DNA from: Nitrosopumilaceae archaeon
GTDB taxonomy: Archaea; Thermoproteota; Nitrososphaeria; Nitrososphaerales; Nitrosopumilaceae
NCBI GenBank assembly: GCA_965207375.1
Contig: OZ242274.1
Span: forward strand, 448,001-512,000
Reading direction: 5' to 3'
DNA: 64,000 nt
The notes below the pieces were generated by a model. It had not been told where the DNA came from, made no database searches, and saw only the letters and a list, made by a program, of their open reading frames with translations. Positions 10,511 to 20,355 of the stretch are shown here, piece by piece. The position numbers were made by a program, and so were the translations under genes. The number at the start of each line of letters is the position of its first letter. Positions within the stretch are counted from its first letter, which is position 1.

Positions 10511-10642
10511 TCAGATTTTGGCGATCGTTGATTCCTTTAGGCCGTTAATTTCATCTTTGATGGATCTGACAGAGTCATCAAATTCCTGTGCAACAGAATT
10601 TTTTGAATCCTCTACAAGTTTTTTGATTTGTTGTTTTGCCAT
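10511..10642 (-). CDS. Small 43-aa charged helical protein inside the ATP synthase operon
   Basis: MAKQQIKKLVEDSKNSVAQEFDDSVRSIKDEINGLKESTIAKI*; ATG overlaps atpD stop (TAATG). Confidence 0.65.
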   Translation of the reverse strand: MAKQQIKKLVEDSKNSVAQEFDDSVRSIKDEINGLKESTIAKI

Positions 10643-11274
10643 TACTTTCTATTCTCCATGGCAGCCTTGACTTTTTTTAACTTTGCGAATTCCTCTCTTT
10701 CTCGTTCCTCAAGTGTGGCTAGAATAAACTTGATTCTTTGCTGGTATTGTGGAATAATGACATTTTCTAGTGCGTTTAGAAGCTTTTGGGTTTTTTCCAG
10801 CGCCTTGGCAAGACTGAAAATAGAGTTTTCGTATTCTGCTGCCTTGCATATTTGTGGCAGCAATACCTTGATCTGTTTTGCTGCCCTGTCAATTGAGGAG
10901 TTGGTATCTGCAAATCCGTATGGCATGGATTTGGTGTCTTTTTCTGTCACGTTTAGTGTGGGGATTTTTACATCGACGATTCTTCTGATATTGACATCTA
11001 CCTCCATGACAGGCGGGGTGGATTCGGCAACAGAGTCAACGGTGCTAGTTCCTAGCGCAAGATATGCCTCATTGACTGAGGTATAGATGTCCTGCAAAGG
11101 ATCCCAGATGCCGCCCCGTGCTTTTGAGGCCTCGTCAATCATTTCTTCAATGTTTTTCAGCAAAACTTTGCGCTTATCATCAAGAATTTTTTGAACCATC
11201 GAAGCTACTTGACTAGAACGCTTGTACTTTAAAAGCTCAATTTTGGTTGCAGCTACGTTTTGTCCAAATGACAT
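10642..11274 (-). CDS. atpD: A-type ATP synthase subunit D
   Basis: ATKIEL, LNALENVIIP, LEEREREEF motifs. Confidence 0.95.
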   Translation of the reverse strand: MSFGQNVAATKIELLKYKRSSQVASMVQKILDDKRKVLLKNIEEMIDEASKARGGIWDPLQDIYTSVNEAYLALGTSTVDSVAESTPPVMEVDVNIRRIVDVKIPTLNVTEKDTKSMPYGFADTNSSIDRAAKQIKVLLPQICKAAEYENSIFSLAKALEKTQKLLNALENVIIPQYQQRIKFILATLEEREREEFAKLKKVKAAMENRK

Positions 11275-11278
11275 TTGA

Positions 11279-12664
11279 CTACTTTTCCTGATAATATTGG
11301 TCTACGAACTTGTCTTTGACCTTTGTTAACTCGTTTTTTGGTAGATTGGAGACTACCTTCCACAGTATCCCTAATGTCTCTTCTATGTTTCTATTTTCAT
11401 CTATTGCCTGTGACAGAAATTCCTTTTCAAATGTGTCTCCTACATCCATGTATTTCAAATCGATATCTGTTAATCCTGCCTTGCCTACTATACCTGCAAG
11501 TGCTCTGACCTCTTGGGCTCGTGAATATGCATCATAGTTTTGGTTTGAAATTTCACCGTGGTCCTCACGGGTACTGCCCTTGCCTATGCCGTCCTTCATA
11601 AGTCTGCTAAGACTCATCAGGATGTTTACCGGCGGATAGATGCCTTGGCGGAACAGATCCCGGCCAAGTACAATTTGTCCTTCGGTGATATATCCGGTAA
11701 GATCTGGAATCGGATGTGTAATATCATCAGAGGGCATTGATAAAATCGGAACCTGTGTAACACTTCCCTTTCTACCTACAAGCTTTCCTGCCCTTTCATA
11801 AATTGTTGAAAGGTCGGTGTAAAGATATCCTGGATAGCCCTTTCGTCCGGGAACCTCTTCTCTTGCTGCACTGATCTCTCTGAGTGCCTCAGCATAGTTT
11901 GTCATGTCTGTTAATATAACCAAAACGTGCATTCCAAGATCAAATGCAAGATATTCTGCAGTAGTTAGGGCCACACGTGGTGTGATAATTCTCTCAATTG
12001 CAGGATCGTCTGCTAGATTCAAAAACAGGACACTTCTTTTGAGTGCTCCAGATTCTTGAAGACTCTTTTTGAAATATTCTGCCTCACTGTACTGCACGCC
12101 AATTGCTGCAAATACGACAGCAAAGTCGTCACCGGTACCAATTACTGATGCCTGTCTTGCAATTTGTGCGGCCAATATATTGTGAGACATGCCAGAACCT
12201 GAAAAGATTGGAAGCTTTTGGCCTCTGACTAGTGTAATCATGCCGTCAATTACAGATACGCCTGTCTGAATGAAATCCTTGGGATATTCCCTTTGCTCTG
12301 GGTTCATCGGTTCGCCGTTGATGTCAATGAACTTGTCGGCAATTGGATCTGGTAGACCATCCTTTGGTCTTCCCAATCCGTCAAAAACTCTGCCAAGTAC
12401 CTCCTTTGATACAGGCATGTCCATTACTTTGCCTACAAACTTTGCCTTGGTTCCTGCCACAGATAATCCGGTTGTTCCCTCAAAGACCTGAACGATTGCC
12501 TGTCCATTTCCAACCTCTAATACCTTGCCTAGTCTTCTTTCACCTGCAGTGGTTTCAATCTCAACTAGTTCGTCAAATGCTGCACTTTCTACCTCGTCAA
12601 CTATAACTAGAGGTCCCTTGATTTCTGCAATCTTACTATATTGGATGCCGCCTTGTGATGTCAA
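11279..12664 (-). CDS. atpB: A-type ATP synthase subunit B
   Basis: [42 protein letters not shown]. Confidence 0.97.
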   Translation of the reverse strand: MTSQGGIQYSKIAEIKGPLVIVDEVESAAFDELVEIETTAGERRLGKVLEVGNGQAIVQVFEGTTGLSVAGTKAKFVGKVMDMPVSKEVLGRVFDGLGRPKDGLPDPIADKFIDINGEPMNPEQREYPKDFIQTGVSVIDGMITLVRGQKLPIFSGSGMSHNILAAQIARQASVIGTGDDFAVVFAAIGVQYSEAEYFKKSLQESGALKRSVLFLNLADDPAIERIITPRVALTTAEYLAFDLGMHVLVILTDMTNYAEALREISAAREEVPGRKGYPGYLYTDLSTIYERAGKLVGRKGSVTQVPILSMPSDDITHPIPDLTGYITEGQIVLGRDLFRQGIYPPVNILMSLSRLMKDGIGKGSTREDHGEISNQNYDAYSRAQEVRALAGIVGKAGLTDIDLKYMDVGDTFEKEFLSQAIDENRNIEETLGILWKVVSNLPKNELTKVKDKFVDQYYQEK

Positions 12665-14439
12665 TTGCTTACCTTCACTCCCACAACATTTTTGAACTGT
12701 TCATCCATATCAGTTGCCAATTTATCCAGTTTTGGCATTTCGTCATCTCTGACCTCCATTCTTGCTTTGAGAAGAGATGAAATAACTGGCATTGCACGTA
12801 TGTCGGCAAGGTCGGCACCCTCCTTGAGTGCCTGATTTCCGCGTTTGTAAAAGTCTACTAGCAGTTTTAACAATTTGAATTGTTTTTCTGTGCTACAATA
12901 TGTGTCTACATCATCAAATGAATTTTGTTGTAAGAGGGCAATCTTTACCATTCTTGCAACCTCAAGAATTAGTTTTTCCTCATCGGGAAGTGCTTCAGGA
13001 CCTAAGAGTCTGACAATTTCCTTTAGTGTGTCCTCTCTTTGCAAGACACTGTATGCCTCGCTTCTTAAACCAAACCATTCCTGACTGACATTTTCTCCCC
13101 ACCATTTTGCAATGTCTGCCAAGTATCCAGAATAGCTGTTCATCCAGTTAATTGACGGATAGTGTCTAGAGTATGCAAGTTTTGCATCTAGGGCCCAAAA
13201 TGTTTTGATAAATCTCATTGTATGAGTTGTTACAGGTTCTGTAAAGTCACCGCCAGATGGCGATACTGCGCCGACTAGTGTTACAGAGCCGTCCCTGTCG
13301 GGGCTTCCTGATGCGCGAACGCGTCCTGCTCGTTCATAAAATTCTGCCAATCGTGATGCCAAATATGACGGATATCCTTCCTCTGCAGGCATCTCCTCAA
13401 GACGTCCACTCATTTCTCTGAGTGCTTCGGCCCATCTAGATGTAGAGTCTGCCACCAAGACTACGTCTTTGCCCATGTCCCGGTAATATTCGGCAATGGT
13501 TACACCTGTGTATATGCTTGCCTCCCTAGCTGCTACGGGCATGTTGCTTGTGTTTGCTACAAGAACAGTTCTGTCCATGAGTGGTTTGCCGGTTCTTGGA
13601 TCTTTGAGTTCTGGGAATTCAACAAGTACCTCCGTCATTTCGTTTCCGCGTTCGCCACAGCCGATATAGACTACCACCTGAGAGTCTGCCCACTTGGCGA
13701 TTTGGTGCAGCGTTACGGTTTTGCCTGTACCAAAGGCTCCAGGAATGGAACCGGTGCCTCCCTTGGCGATTGGAAAGAACGTATCAATGACGCGCTGTCC
13801 TGTAATTAATGGAACCGTTGCATCGTATCGTGTTTTGTATGGACGTGGTTTTCTGACGGGCCATTTTTGATACATTTTGATCGTAGAGCTTTGTCCGTCT
13901 TTTTCAGTTGTTGCCAAATCAGTTTCTAAATCATAATCTCCTTCTGAAACAATGTTTGTGATTTTGCCGCCTGGATGATCGGGGGATACCATAATACTGT
14001 GATCAATTAAATCAGTTTCCTGTACTACACCTATGACATTTCCTGCCTCGACGGTATCACCTACACTTACACTTGGGACAAAGTGATACTTTTTGGTCAT
14101 ATCAATTGGTGTGGTAGTAATTCCCCTTCCGATAAAGGAGCCAGATGCCTTTGATAGTTCCTTGAGCGGCCTTTGAATTCCATCATAAATTTGGCCTATA
14201 ATTCCAGGCCCTAAAATTACACTTAATGGATTACCTGTGCCGATTACAGGCTCTCCCGGTTTTAGACCGCTAGTTGATTCGTAAACCTGGATAAAGGCAA
14301 CATCGCCGGTAAGTCTGATTACCTCACCGATTAACTTTGAATCTCCCACAACGACGGTTTCATACATTTTGGCCTCAGACATGCCGTCTGCCTTTACTGC
14401 AGGACCACTAACCCAAACAATTCTGCCTTGCGCCGTCAT
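12661..14439 (-). CDS. atpA: A-type ATP synthase subunit A
   Basis: PGAFGTGKT Walker [22 protein letters not shown]; no intein. Confidence 0.97.
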   Translation of the reverse strand: MTAQGRIVWVSGPAVKADGMSEAKMYETVVVGDSKLIGEVIRLTGDVAFIQVYESTSGLKPGEPVIGTGNPLSVILGPGIIGQIYDGIQRPLKELSKASGSFIGRGITTTPIDMTKKYHFVPSVSVGDTVEAGNVIGVVQETDLIDHSIMVSPDHPGGKITNIVSEGDYDLETDLATTEKDGQSSTIKMYQKWPVRKPRPYKTRYDATVPLITGQRVIDTFFPIAKGGTGSIPGAFGTGKTVTLHQIAKWADSQVVVYIGCGERGNEMTEVLVEFPELKDPRTGKPLMDRTVLVANTSNMPVAAREASIYTGVTIAEYYRDMGKDVVLVADSTSRWAEALREMSGRLEEMPAEEGYPSYLASRLAEFYERAGRVRASGSPDRDGSVTLVGAVSPSGGDFTEPVTTHTMRFIKTFWALDAKLAYSRHYPSINWMNSYSGYLADIAKWWGENVSQEWFGLRSEAYSVLQREDTLKEIVRLLGPEALPDEEKLILEVARMVKIALLQQNSFDDVDTYCSTEKQFKLLKLLVDFYKRGNQALKEGADLADIRAMPVISSLLKARMEVRDDEMPKLDKLATDMDEQFKNVVGVKVSN

Positions 14440-14440
14440 C

Positions 14441-15037
14441 TTAGTTACCTAATCCGAATTTGGTTGCAATTTCTTTCCTTATTAAAGGCTTCAAACGTTC
14501 TAGTCTAGCATCGACAGTATTATCAAATGTCATCGATCCATCTTTTGAGATTGCCTTGATGCCGCCCATGCAGTCAATAGTTTCAGATGCTAGATTAGCT
14601 CCTGTGTATCGTGGTAAAAGTGATTGTACCATTGATTGGTCAGAATCATTTGTGTAAATTGTGATTTCAGAGGTTCCCAAGATATTTGTCGATTCGTCTA
14701 AAAGTGTGTTAATAAATTTGGAATAATTTTCATTTCTTTCTGTATTTTTGATTTTTTCAATGGCTTTTTCAAAAACTTTGTCGACTGATTCTTCTACGAG
14801 AAGCAGTTGCTTGTTTCTTGCCTCTAGATCTGCTCCGCCCACTATTTGCTTTTCTATCTTGTCTGCCTCCTTGTTTCCATCAGATATGATTTTGTCATAT
14901 TCTGTTTCCAAGGATGTTACAGAGTCATCTAGTGTGGAGTTGGCATCAGTCATGGTAGATTTCAACTTTGATAAAATATCGGCCTCTGTTTGATCCAATA
15001 TTTTATCTACAGTACGTTTTAGAGCAACATCTGCCAA
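14441..15037 (-). CDS. atpE: A-type ATP synthase subunit E
   Basis: Coiled-coil N-terminus, GGI...DG....DNT..ARL; probable TTG start 15037. Confidence 0.9.
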   Translation of the reverse strand: MADVALKRTVDKILDQTEADILSKLKSTMTDANSTLDDSVTSLETEYDKIISDGNKEADKIEKQIVGGADLEARNKQLLLVEESVDKVFEKAIEKIKNTERNENYSKFINTLLDESTNILGTSEITIYTNDSDQSMVQSLLPRYTGANLASETIDCMGGIKAISKDGSMTFDNTVDARLERLKPLIRKEIATKFGLGN

Positions 15038-15131
15038 TATTTCCTCGAAATGGATAATGGATTTTAATGTTTGGGAGTTTGCAAAAAGCTTTGGAAAGAT
15101 ATTAAAATCAAAGAAAAACCCAAGGAGTGAC

Positions 15132-17234
15132 TTGGTAGTAGCAGATCTGAAGATTGGAAGCATAGTTTTACCAAGAAGTGAGTCTCCTGAGGCCGTTTCT
15201 AGACTAGCAGAGTTTGAATGGTTTCACAAAATTGACTCAGAAAGTGACATTGTAACTCCAGAAATTGACGATCTGTTATTGAGGGCGCAGCAAACGTTTC
15301 AATCAATTGATGATGTTGTCAAAGGACTAGGAGTTCCGCTCTCAATTGGAATCATGGAGATCATGTTCAAGGGAACTAGCATCAAGAAAAAAGACTATGA
15401 GGTTGATGAGATTAAAAACATGATTGCAGACTTGGAGAAAAAAGCTCCAGATATCATAGATGAGCCTGCAAAAATATTAGAAGAAGAGACTGCAACAAAG
15501 CGCTCACTTGAAGAATATACTGCTTTACAAGATACGCTAGAGATTGCCAAGAAACTAAAGCTGGATCTTGGCGGCTTTGGACTCATGAAATACTTTTACA
15601 CAAATCTGTTTGTAATTGACACCTCTGACTATGAGGAAATCAACAGATCACTTGAAAATGCAACAGTCTACAAGTTTGACTTGGAAAACAAGGCAAAGTC
15701 TGCCTTGCTGATTATATCAGGTGTACAGTATTCAGATACTGTACTCAAAGTAATGCGGAGTTTTAATGCAAATCCGTTTGTAATTCCTGAAGGTATGCCC
15801 CAAATACCAAGTGAGGCATTTGCACTTGCAGAATCAAAGATCAAGGAGCTGACTCTAAAACAAAAGAAATTGCAAAAGCAAAAGGCCTCAATTACGAAAT
15901 CCATAAGAAGAGACATAATGTCAATTCACGAAACTGCCATGGTTGCAAAAGACGTACTAGAAACTGTTAGAAAGCCGGGTGGAACTAGGAATTTTGCAGT
16001 CATTCAAGGATACATTCCAAAATCAATGGAGACAAAATTCAAGAAAATTACTAGTAGATGGACTAGCATAGTAGAAGACATTACAGACCCCAAATTGGAA
16101 AAAGACGCACCCACTCTGTTTGATAATAAAAAATTCATTAGGACCTTTGAGGTAATTACCCACAGCCAAGGCATTCCAAAGAAGGGAGAGGCAGACCCTA
16201 CCCCCATGATTGCCATGATGTGGCCAATCTTTTATGGAATCATGTTTGCCGATTTGGGTCACGGACTGTTGCTTATGGGACTAGGACTGTTGTTCAAGGT
16301 AAAAGGACAGGGTGTCCTGTCAAGATGGGGAATGCTAATTGCAATCTCTGGTGCAGCAGCAGCAATAGCAGGGGTTGGCGCAGGCGAAGCGTTTGGTTAT
16401 CATATTGATCATCTAGGGCCGTTTACTGATTTGTTGGCCCCCGGTGGTGCATTGCATTCGGTAAGCTGGATTGTAGGCATTCTCAGTGTGGCGGAACTAT
16501 CATTTGATCAGGTAATTGACATTCTCAAGGTTTCATTGTTCTTGGGAATTATACACCTAGTGTGGGCCATGATTTTGAGAATGAGGGTACTAGCACAAAA
16601 GGGAGAAAAGATGGTACTGTACCTAGAGGCGATTCCAAATCTTACACTTTATGGTGGAATCGTAGTTATCATGATGTGTGCAATTGGTTCACAGTATGAT
16701 GTCATGAACATGTATTCAAAGGTTCACACAGAATCGATTCCATGGGTGACAGTCTTTTTGGGAGAATGGGCTCAAGTCTGGATTGTCACTAGAATTGCAG
16801 TAGTTATCGTAATTGCATCGATGGTTCTGATGATGATAGGTGGAATCATGCATGCCAAAAAGCATCCCGATGCAGGAGGGGATCCTGCCAGTGTTGTAAT
16901 GGAGGTATTTTTGGGCAAGACCATTGAGGCACTTGCCCACACAATCAGCTATGCCAGACTCGGCATCATGCTGCTAGTGCATGCAGCGCTGTTGCTGACG
17001 GTAAACAATGCATATGCCTCACTTGGCGGAATAGAATCGCCTGGTGCCTTGGCAATGATCATTGGGGGAAACTTGGGAATCATGATGATTGAGGGGTTAA
17101 TTGTGTACATCCAGTCTCTCAGACTGCATCTGTACGAGTTCTTTACAAAGTGGTACGATGGCGGCGCACAGCCATTTAGACAAATTCGTCCAGAATTAAT
17201 TTACAACCAGTTTAAATGGAAGCCAAAAAACTAG
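15132..17234 (+). CDS. atpI: A-type ATP synthase subunit I (a)
   Basis: DPTP, FYGIMFADLGHG, HTISYARL, QSLRLHLYEFF; probable TTG start 15132 after GGAG. Confidence 0.95.
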   Translation: MVVADLKIGSIVLPRSESPEAVSRLAEFEWFHKIDSESDIVTPEIDDLLLRAQQTFQSIDDVVKGLGVPLSIGIMEIMFKGTSIKKKDYEVDEIKNMIADLEKKAPDIIDEPAKILEEETATKRSLEEYTALQDTLEIAKKLKLDLGGFGLMKYFYTNLFVIDTSDYEEINRSLENATVYKFDLENKAKSALLIISGVQYSDTVLKVMRSFNANPFVIPEGMPQIPSEAFALAESKIKELTLKQKKLQKQKASITKSIRRDIMSIHETAMVAKDVLETVRKPGGTRNFAVIQGYIPKSMETKFKKITSRWTSIVEDITDPKLEKDAPTLFDNKKFIRTFEVITHSQGIPKKGEADPTPMIAMMWPIFYGIMFADLGHGLLLMGLGLLFKVKGQGVLSRWGMLIAISGAAAAIAGVGAGEAFGYHIDHLGPFTDLLAPGGALHSVSWIVGILSVAELSFDQVIDILKVSLFLGIIHLVWAMILRMRVLAQKGEKMVLYLEAIPNLTLYGGIVVIMMCAIGSQYDVMNMYSKVHTESIPWVTVFLGEWAQVWIVTRIAVVIVIASMVLMMIGGIMHAKKHPDAGGDPASVVMEVFLGKTIEALAHTISYARLGIMLLVHAALLLTVNNAYASLGGIESPGALAMIIGGNLGIMMIEGLIVYIQSLRLHLYEFFTKWYDGGAQPFRQIRPELIYNQFKWKPKN

Positions 17235-17327
17235 GCTGTCAAATAATCTGCGGTACAAAACAACTCTAAATTATTAACAGTTTCAAATTTGCAGTGAAAT
17301 AGAGAAACATCTTATTATGTTACTATT

Positions 17328-18182
17328 ATGATTTGCAATATGCATCACAATCAGGTTTATGGCAATTTGTTGTCATACAAATTCTATACTAGGCCTACAG
17401 CACGCAGGACATACGGATATACACATGTAACCAAGGTAAAGCACCAAAAAAATGTCCACGAGTTGTTAAATATACTGTTTATGCACGGAACAAGCTCAAC
17501 GTGGGAGATGGCGCAAACTAAATACTCCAAGGTGACTGCCATAAGAAATCAGGAAAAAATCTACAGACGGTTGCTAGTTGGCAGGACAGACAGAAACAAG
17601 TACTCTAGAGGCATATTAGACATAGGTCTTGTGCTAAAAGAGGGCTCTACACGCTATACAAAGTATAGGCTGTCACTGTATGGAATACTGTATTGTTTGG
17701 ACACACAAGAGCTTGACAAAAAAAGCATCAACAATATGGCAAAAAAATACGCCTTTTTGCTTCCAAACGTATTTGGCAAGTGGAACAGAATAAAATCCGT
17801 TTTGGGCTCTGATGTGTACAATCTAGAGATACTAGCAAAAGGTGTTTTGTTAAACAACACAAAGTTTGCACATAATGACAATCCGCTATATGAGCTAATG
17901 TCGTATCTTCACATAAAGTACAGGCGAAACTTTGAGTCCATATACGAACACCGACTAGCCGAGCAAATATCATACTGGTTTTACACCTATCTGCTGTATA
18001 CAAATCCTCAAAAGCTTAGCAGAGTACTAGCAAAGGATTCGGAATTGCAACAGTGGTATGTGGATTTTTTCAACGAGGCACGAAACTATTATGCACAGAG
18101 ATTGCTAGCAGTCAAAAATTTTAATGTCTTGGGAAATAATTCAAGATCAAACAAATTGAAAAAAACCATTACTAGAACATGA
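17328..18182 (+). CDS. Thaumarchaeal hypothetical protein, probable winged-helix regulator
   Basis: 284-aa ORF, T.WEMA...GL..IGLV...Y.LS.YG wHTH-like pattern. Confidence 0.65.
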   Translation: MICNMHHNQVYGNLLSYKFYTRPTARRTYGYTHVTKVKHQKNVHELLNILFMHGTSSTWEMAQTKYSKVTAIRNQEKIYRRLLVGRTDRNKYSRGILDIGLVLKEGSTRYTKYRLSLYGILYCLDTQELDKKSINNMAKKYAFLLPNVFGKWNRIKSVLGSDVYNLEILAKGVLLNNTKFAHNDNPLYELMSYLHIKYRRNFESIYEHRLAEQISYWFYTYLLYTNPQKLSRVLAKDSELQQWYVDFFNEARNYYAQRLLAVKNFNVLGNNSRSNKLKKTITRT

Positions 18183-18198
18183 AGAGATGCGCATGTAT

Positions 18199-18567
18199 CT
18201 ATTTTGCATGTTTTTGGATCATTTTACGTATGGCAGGCAGTTCCATTGGTTTGTTGATTAGGCCTGCAAGGTTTTTTGCAAGTGCTATTTGATACTTTGC
18301 ATCATCAAGTACATAGCTTGATGTAAATACTATTCTTGCATCGGTGTCAAGGTTTTTTATGCGCAAAAATGTCTCATGACCGTCAATTCCTGGCATCTTC
18401 ATATCTAAAAATACAATGTCTGGCTTGAGTTGAGTATATTTGGTTACGGCATCATATCCGTTAGTTACAGTATATGTATAATGTCCTTCGTGGATTAGTA
18501 ACAGCTCAAAGGATTCTAAAAAGTCGTAATCGTCATCTATGAGAAGTATTTTTTTGGGTACCATCAC
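18199..18567 (-). CDS. Single-domain response regulator (CheY-like receiver)
   Basis: ILLIDDD, PDIVFLDMKMPGIDG, T and KP motifs. Confidence 0.93.
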   Translation of the reverse strand: MMVPKKILLIDDDYDFLESFELLLIHEGHYTYTVTNGYDAVTKYTQLKPDIVFLDMKMPGIDGHETFLRIKNLDTDARIVFTSSYVLDDAKYQIALAKNLAGLINKPMELPAIRKMIQKHAK

Positions 18568-18737
18568 ACAACTGTCCTCGGTAAAGGAATATGATCATTG
18601 TCTGCAAGAGTATCGTGCTGATTCATATTTGCAAGTCTTGTGTAGATGCTTTGCAATTTTGTTGTAAATAATAATTTTAATTGTGAGACGTATGTTGAAA
18701 TTCCGATTCTAGAGGGTTCAATCATATCTGATTTCAT
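18564..18737 (-). CDS. Small hypothetical protein (57 aa) overlapping the receiver gene start
   Basis: ATG 18737 open to TGA 18564; TGATG overlap with next gene. Confidence 0.35.
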   Translation of the reverse strand: MKSDMIEPSRIGISTYVSQLKLLFTTKLQSIYTRLANMNQHDTLADNDHIPLPRTVV

Positions 18738-19079
18738 GTATATTTTTACTGCTATATATCCACTAATATCATTTATCCATATGCATTCAAGTTATCTATA
18801 CAATTAGTTGAAATAATTTTAAAAAAAACGGTACAAAACTAGGCCAGAATCCTTTGATCCTGTCGTACTACCACCATATTGTGTGGTTGAATCAGAAAAC
18901 GTGATTCTAAAGAATCAGATGTTGCATGATTATATCAAAGTGAACCTCATGCAAATGGAAACTATACACACTGTGTCAGGATTGCAAGAAAAATCTAGTG
19001 AAAAATACATTGTATTTGCAAGCAATTCAAATGAGATGTATATTGATTTAGAATATAATCAAGATAAACAGAATCCCAA

Positions 19080-19172
19080 GTGTTAACGTCATGGCCTGAA
19101 TTATATTCTATCTTTTGACGGCAAAGTAATTTCATGTCTAAAATTACTATAAATTCAAAACAACGTTAACAG
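19080..19172. mobile_element. MITE family C
   Basis: Ends gtgttaac / gttaacag; near-identical right half (atgtctaaaattac.ataaattcaaaacaacgttaacagata) to 61319-61413. Confidence 0.75.
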
Positions 19173-19280
19173 ATAAACAGAATCTAGAGTGTTGATGGCT
19201 ACAAAACTCTAAAAAATTAGAGTTAGAAGCATGCCGCAAATCATTATCAAGGGTTATATAACAAAGGGATCATAGTGATA

Positions 19281-19350
19281 TCATATGTAGAATGCCATAC
19301 ATATGACCTCCTCAATTGATAATTAGGGCAAACGGCCCTAATTATTTTTT
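19281..19350 (+). ncRNA. Candidate small RNA (two hairpins around ACCUCCU, U-tract)
   Basis: TTATATAA at 19254-19261; 9-bp stem 19281-19306; 11-bp stem 19319-19345 followed by T run. Confidence 0.4.
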
Positions 19351-19516
19351 ATTATGTAAACACAAGATAACTATGTAATTATCTTGGTGAGCCAATCTTA
19401 GATTATGCGAGTACGCCACTTGAGTAATCTAAGCTTTTGCGTAATTGGACTTGTCCTGAACATATCTGTGCATAAAAAATTCTGGACCTGTGATTTTTAC
19501 ATAGTCACGTCTAAAT

Positions 19517-20287
19517 TTAATCTCTTACAACGGGAAGATCTATTTTATTTCCCCACTCTCCCCAAGAGCCAAGATACACCCTGACATTTGTAAATCCAAT
19601 TTTTTTAAGAGTCAAAAATGAATTAGCTGCCCTGTATGCACCCTGACAGTAAGTTACAATGTCAGAGTCTTTTGGAATATCATATAATTTCTCTAATTCT
19701 GCACCGTCTTTGATGGTTCCTGTGTCATTGATGTTTTTGTTCCAGTCAATGTTGACTGCATTAGGAATGTGTCCAGAGTTTGCAGCCCTGATTATAGTTC
19801 CATCGTATTCGCCTTTGGAGCGAGCATCAATTATGGTCAGCTTTTCTAAATTATCCACAATGTACTGGTACCCAGATATTACATCTGGATTGATTTTTCC
19901 AGAAAATTGAGATGGTGAAAATCCGCAAAGCGTAGTCTCAATGGAATACTGCCAGTTGGATATTCCGCCATCTAACATTGATACATCCGGATGTGAAAAG
20001 TACATCAGCATCCAAACTCCTCTGGCTGCAAGCATGCCAGACACATCATCATAAAACACAACCTTTTTTGTAGAATCAACACCTGCAAAAGATAACAGTT
20101 GTCTGGCTTGTTCATTAAATGTTTCAATTCCTTTCTTTGTAGTATCAAACCAGTGAAATGCAAACAGATCCAAGTTGACGGCCCCCGGAATGTGTCCTTT
20201 GCAGTATTTTTGAAAAGAGCGACAGTCAACTAGTACCAGATTTGGGTCTGCCAAAAGCCTTTCAAGTTGTGCTGCGGCAATGAACAT
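19517..20287 (-). CDS. Two-domain rhodanese / thiosulfate sulfurtransferase
   Basis: GHIPGA, LDGG, DAR...EY.G, YCQGAYRA, YLGSWGEW. Confidence 0.93.
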   Translation of the reverse strand: MFIAAAQLERLLADPNLVLVDCRSFQKYCKGHIPGAVNLDLFAFHWFDTTKKGIETFNEQARQLLSFAGVDSTKKVVFYDDVSGMLAARGVWMLMYFSHPDVSMLDGGISNWQYSIETTLCGFSPSQFSGKINPDVISGYQYIVDNLEKLTIIDARSKGEYDGTIIRAANSGHIPNAVNIDWNKNINDTGTIKDGAELEKLYDIPKDSDIVTYCQGAYRAANSFLTLKKIGFTNVRVYLGSWGEWGNKIDLPVVRD

Positions 20288-20355
20288 GTTTTAGGTAAAA
20301 ATTCAATCCCTATAAACTCGTTTGAAGATAAAAAGGAAAAAGAAAAGGAATTTTT

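Noticed and set aside
18883-19086. 67-aa ORF before MITE-C
   Set aside because: No recognisable motif and ends in the MITE; probably decayed or spurious
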